DNA of 50,197 nucleotides. It comes from an uncultured archaeon. Lineage in GTDB: Archaea; Asgardarchaeota; Lokiarchaeia; Sigyniarchaeales; SOKP01. The stretch covers positions 1-50,197 of the forward strand of contig CAZOYD010000021.1 of NCBI GenBank assembly GCA_964583985.1, given 5' to 3'. Position 1 is the first letter of the stretch, and the number at the start of each line of letters is the position of its first letter. Both the position numbers and the translations under genes were made by a program. Shown here in pieces: positions 46,427 through 50,197 of the stretch. The notes beneath the pieces are model-generated. The model saw only the letters and a list, made by a program, of their open reading frames with translations. It searched no databases and was not told the DNA's origin.

Positions 46427-47770
46427 ATGTTTTTAAGAGAAGAGTTAGAACGTTATTACAGTAATAGACCAAAATCGAGAGAAATTTGGGAAAAAGCAGT
46501 AAAAGTATTACCTGGAGGCATATCCCATAATATTCGAACATTTGGGTTGCCAACTATTGGAGCATTTCCATTGTTTATAAAAGCTGGGAATGGTTCTCAT
46601 GTTATTGATGTTGATGATAATGATTATATAGATTGTTGGTTAGGTCATTTTGCAATGATATTAGGGCATAATCATCCGAAAGTTCGAGAAGTTTTGAAAG
46701 AATATAGCTCATTCGGATGGCATTTTGGAACAAATACGGAATACCAAGTAAATTTAGCAGAATTAATTATCAATAATAACCCAGGGATTGAGAAGATGAG
46801 ATTCTGTACAAGTGGTACAGAAGCAACTATGTATGCAATAAGACTCTCAAGAGCATTCACTAAGAGAAAGCTTGTAGCAAAAGCGGTCCTCGGATGGCAT
46901 GGTGCTAATGATACGCTTTATTATGGTGTTGGGAATTATGACACAAGAGCACATCCTCTGGGACTCCCTTCAGCTGAAGATGCAGGCATTAGGACATTTG
47001 AAGTAAATAATGAGCAAACTTTTGAAATGATTAAGCTTAATAGAAGAGATTTAGCAGCTGTTATATTAGAACCAATCTTGGGAGGTGGAGGCGGATTTCG
47101 AGCTACTTTAGAATTTTTAAAGACATTAAAAGAGGAAACTGAGAAAAACGATATTCTTTTGATTTTTGATGAAGTTATTACTGGTTATAGGTTTAGCAAT
47201 TCACTATTCCAAAATGAATTAAATATAATCCCTGATTTGACCACAATGGGTAAAATTATAGGGGGTGGATTACCAATTGGAGCTATAGGAGGAAGAAAAG
47301 ATATTCTTGAACGATCAAGTCCTCAACAAGAAAATCAAATATTGATTGGAGGGGGAACATTCTCAGGATATCCCCTTAGTATGATTGCGGGATTAAAGAC
47401 TTTAGAAATTTTAAAGGATTCACATCAAGAATACGAACGAATAAATCAGATTGGTAATGATCTAATAAAGTTTCTTAATCAACATTTTATTGATAACAAA
47501 TTACCATTTTTAGCAAGAGGGTATAAATCTCTTGTAATGATTCATGCTTTATCACATTTCCTCGAAAGTCCTACAATGAGGGAAATTAGCATGAATAATG
47601 ATAAAATAAGAGAAGCTATATTCCACTTAGCTTTATTTAATAGAAAAATTATGGGGCTTCATGGATTGGGGGCAATTTCTATGGCTCATAGTGATGGAGA
47701 TATTTCCCAGATAGAAACAGTAATAGAAGAGATTGCACGTCCGGTTTCAAATGTCTCTACAAATATATAA
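46427..47770 (+). CDS. Class III PLP aminotransferase (glutamate-1-semialdehyde aminomutase-like)
   Basis: LPGG, ILGH, RFCTSGTEATM.A.R, IFDEVITG, PDLTTMGKIIGGGLP and GGTFSG. Confidence 0.88.
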   Translation: MFLREELERYYSNRPKSREIWEKAVKVLPGGISHNIRTFGLPTIGAFPLFIKAGNGSHVIDVDDNDYIDCWLGHFAMILGHNHPKVREVLKEYSSFGWHFGTNTEYQVNLAELIINNNPGIEKMRFCTSGTEATMYAIRLSRAFTKRKLVAKAVLGWHGANDTLYYGVGNYDTRAHPLGLPSAEDAGIRTFEVNNEQTFEMIKLNRRDLAAVILEPILGGGGGFRATLEFLKTLKEETEKNDILLIFDEVITGYRFSNSLFQNELNIIPDLTTMGKIIGGGLPIGAIGGRKDILERSSPQQENQILIGGGTFSGYPLSMIAGLKTLEILKDSHQEYERINQIGNDLIKFLNQHFIDNKLPFLARGYKSLVMIHALSHFLESPTMREISMNNDKIREAIFHLALFNRKIMGLHGLGAISMAHSDGDISQIETVIEEIARPVSNVSTNI

Positions 47771-47820
47771 TACACCATTTAATTTTTATTATAATGAACA
47801 AATTTGAAAGGTAAAATGTC

Positions 47821-48849
47821 TTGAAAAAGAAGTTTGATGTGGTACAAGTCGGTTTAGGTCCAATGGGACAATTAATAGTAAAATTACTTCTAGAACGTAA
47901 AAATATCAATTTTAAAGGGATAGTGGACATTAATCCTCAATTAAAAGGACAAAAATTAGTGAATATATTAGATTATAAAGATGAATTGGAGCTTGTTATA
48001 GAATCGGACTTGCACAAGGTATTATCTAAAGAAAAGCCGGATGTAGTTATCATAGCTACATCATCTCTACTCAAAAATGTATCTCCTTTAATTGAAATGG
48101 CAATTAAGGAGGGAAGTCATGTAATTTCAATTTGTGAAGAATTATCTTATCCTTTTAAGTCTAATCCTAAAATTTCAAAAGATTTAGATTCTTTAGCTAA
48201 ATTACACAATGTTTCAGTTGTTGGAACAGGAATTAATCCTGGATACCTTATGGATTTATTACCAATCGTAATTACTGCTCCTTGTCAAAAAGTTGAATCA
48301 ATCAAGATTACAAGAATGATGAATTCAGCTAAAAGACGAGAACCTTTCCAACGAAAAATTGGGACTGGACTTTCCCCAAAATTATTTCATGAAAAAATAA
48401 ATAAAAAAGAAATCTCTGGTCATGTTGGATTGACAGAGTCCATTCAAATGATTAGCGCAGCCTTGGGGATTGAATTTGATGAAATAAATGAATTTCCTCC
48501 AACTGAAATTTTAGCAAAAAACGACTTCATGACATCATATGGTGAAAAGGTACTAAAGGATAATGTTTGTGGGTTGCATAGTAAAGCAATTGCCAAAAAA
48601 GGAGGTAAAAATTTTCTCATTCTTGATTTTATCGCATATGCAGGAGATCATGAAGAATATGATAGTGTTGAAGTACAGGGAATACCTAATATTCGTCAAA
48701 AAATTATAGGGGGCGTCCACGGGGATATAGGAACGGCAGCAATGGTTACTAATTTAATTCCAAAAATAATTGAAGCCAGATCTGGGCTATTAACAATGAA
48801 AGATCTTTCTGTTCCTTGTTATACAGAAAATATTTGGAATGAATCATAA
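47821..48849 (+). CDS. 2,4-diaminopentanoate dehydrogenase (Ord)-like / DapB-like NAD(P) oxidoreductase
   Basis: GLGPMG Rossmann motif, CEELSYP, GTGINPG.LMD, GHVGL.ES and GGVHGD.GT. Confidence 0.8.
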   Translation: MKKKFDVVQVGLGPMGQLIVKLLLERKNINFKGIVDINPQLKGQKLVNILDYKDELELVIESDLHKVLSKEKPDVVIIATSSLLKNVSPLIEMAIKEGSHVISICEELSYPFKSNPKISKDLDSLAKLHNVSVVGTGINPGYLMDLLPIVITAPCQKVESIKITRMMNSAKRREPFQRKIGTGLSPKLFHEKINKKEISGHVGLTESIQMISAALGIEFDEINEFPPTEILAKNDFMTSYGEKVLKDNVCGLHSKAIAKKGGKNFLILDFIAYAGDHEEYDSVEVQGIPNIRQKIIGGVHGDIGTAAMVTNLIPKIIEARSGLLTMKDLSVPCYTENIWNES

Positions 48850-48955
48850 TCTTTCAAATATTCTATCATGTTTATTATTTCTATATGATTGACTTAAATC
48901 AATAAATTGAAATTATTTCGCATGTAATCATACTAAATTTACTCACGTTTTTAGC

Positions 48956-49672
48956 ATGTCAAATAAAGAAAAAAAAGAATTTTCAAGAATTAAAGAAGTT
49001 GAAAGTACCAATTTAGCTCGAGACGAAATACGAGATGAAGTAATCGAGACTAAAAAGGCAGTAGAAAAAGAAAATGATCAATTAGCTAGTAGAGTTCATC
49101 AAAATTTTTTAGATAATAATATTAAATCCTTTGATATCGTTGGGGCGATAGGATCTGGAAAAACAGCTTTGTTAGAAAGGATAGCTGAAAAATTATCTCC
49201 AAAATTTCGCATGTTAGTTATTTGTGGAGATATCACAACACGAGTTGATGCGGATCGCATAGAAAAACACAACACTGAGACTATACAGATCAATACAGGT
49301 CGAGAATGTGCATTAAATGCTTATCATATCCACCAAATAATTAAAAACAAGGATTTACAGAATTATGATATCATATTTATCGAAAATGTGGGAAATTTAA
49401 TATGTCCCTCTGAGTTTATTTTAGGAACTGATAAACGGATAACTGTGGTTTCTATAACAGAGGGAGAATGGGTGATTGAAAAGCATCCGATGCTTTTTAA
49501 AATGTCAGATATCGCGGTAATTAATAAGATTGATCTCAAAGAACGCTTGGGAACTAACATTGAAAAAATGATTGCAGATGCGAAAAGATTTAACCCAAAA
49601 ATAGAGGTAATCACTACCAGTGCAAAAACTGGGGAGAATATTGATAATTTACTAAAATTATTAGGATTTTAA
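48956..49672 (+). CDS. hypB: Hydrogenase nickel incorporation GTPase HypB
   Basis: GAIGSGKT, DADRI, QINTG.EC, IENVGNLICP, S.TEG, KHP and NKID. Confidence 0.9.
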   Translation: MSNKEKKEFSRIKEVESTNLARDEIRDEVIETKKAVEKENDQLASRVHQNFLDNNIKSFDIVGAIGSGKTALLERIAEKLSPKFRMLVICGDITTRVDADRIEKHNTETIQINTGRECALNAYHIHQIIKNKDLQNYDIIFIENVGNLICPSEFILGTDKRITVVSITEGEWVIEKHPMLFKMSDIAVINKIDLKERLGTNIEKMIADAKRFNPKIEVITTSAKTGENIDNLLKLLGF

Positions 49673-49701
49673 ACTTTAAAATTATATTGAACTTAAGATG
49701 A

Positions 49702-50127
49702 GTGAATATGAACGAAGAATTGACCAAGATTGAACAAATTATAATTAATCCCAAAGCAATCAAAAAATCAGACGTTCAGGATTTAATGAAGACATTCTTT
49801 GCTAAATTAAAGAATCGAATCGAAAATTATGTTGGAGATTACCCCACGTTTATCGAACCTGTTTATTTAGAAGATAATGTCAAGATTGGAGACGATGTTC
49901 TTTTAGGACCAAATGTTTATGTTGGTATAAATTCAGAAATCCGCGATTACGTTGAAATTTCGAACACTATCATATTTGATAACGTAAAAGTTGGAAAAAA
50001 CTTTAAATTAGAAAATTGCATAGTTGCTAAAAACAGTTCTTTTAATTTTACCGATCTTAACATAAAAAATAACTTGTTAATGGGAGTTGCAAATTTGAAA
50101 ACTGAATTAGAGAATTATGGATTATAA
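49702..50127 (+). CDS. Left-handed beta-helix (hexapeptide-repeat) protein resembling the NDP-sugar pyrophosphorylase C-terminus
   Basis: PVYLEDNVKIGDDVLLGPNVYVG...IIFDNVKVG hexapeptide repeats, with no nucleotidyltransferase domain. Confidence 0.75.
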   Translation: MNMNEELTKIEQIIINPKAIKKSDVQDLMKTFFAKLKNRIENYVGDYPTFIEPVYLEDNVKIGDDVLLGPNVYVGINSEIRDYVEISNTIIFDNVKVGKNFKLENCIVAKNSSFNFTDLNIKNNLLMGVANLKTELENYGL

Positions 50128-50197
50128 ATCTGCAATTAGCAGCCTCCCTTTTAATTTTTAGAATATAAATTGGTGATCTTCGATGAAAGAGAATGAA

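Noticed and set aside
5800-49614. Short ORFs overlapping real genes (e.g. 5800-6144, 9774-10001, 11075-11323, 23301-23540, 26192-26656, 36482-36703, 39797-40027, 40463-40741, 49363-49614)
   Set aside because: These are antisense or off-frame shadows of motif-bearing genes and have no recognisable features of their own.

Overview
A gene-dense, very AT-rich 50 kb segment of an archaeal chromosome, most likely an Asgard archaeon of the Lokiarchaeia/Promethearchaeota type. The assignment is inferred from a Rab-like and an MglA-like small GTPase, a gelsolin-domain protein, a longin-like protein, vWA/zinc-finger proteins, HdrABC/MvhD, the DUF39-CBS homocysteine synthase pair, frequent TTG/GTG starts and BRE/TATA-like promoters. 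About 47 CDS are supportable, including two missing from the ORF track: an MBL hydrolase cut by the left edge and a 51-aa zinc-ribbon protein at 17422-17577. I found no rRNA, tRNA, CRISPR array or transposase. The strongest leads are: (1) two tandem secreted proteases sharing a homologous promoter and a 5'-leader stem that shows a compensatory base-pair change, a candidate cis-regulatory RNA; (2) a longin plus tandem winged-helix (NPRL2/GATOR1-like) gene clustered with a 7TM protein and an MglA-like GTPase lacking its intrinsic arginine; (3) a ~150-nt self-complementary non-coding element at 18881-19034; (4) tandem vWA plus C4HC3 RING/PHD-like paralogs beside gelsolin, scramblase-like and PssA genes; (5) an operator-like repeat array between tandem wHTH genes and a bacterial-type fbaB. 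All family calls come from motif recognition by eye, not from database searches.
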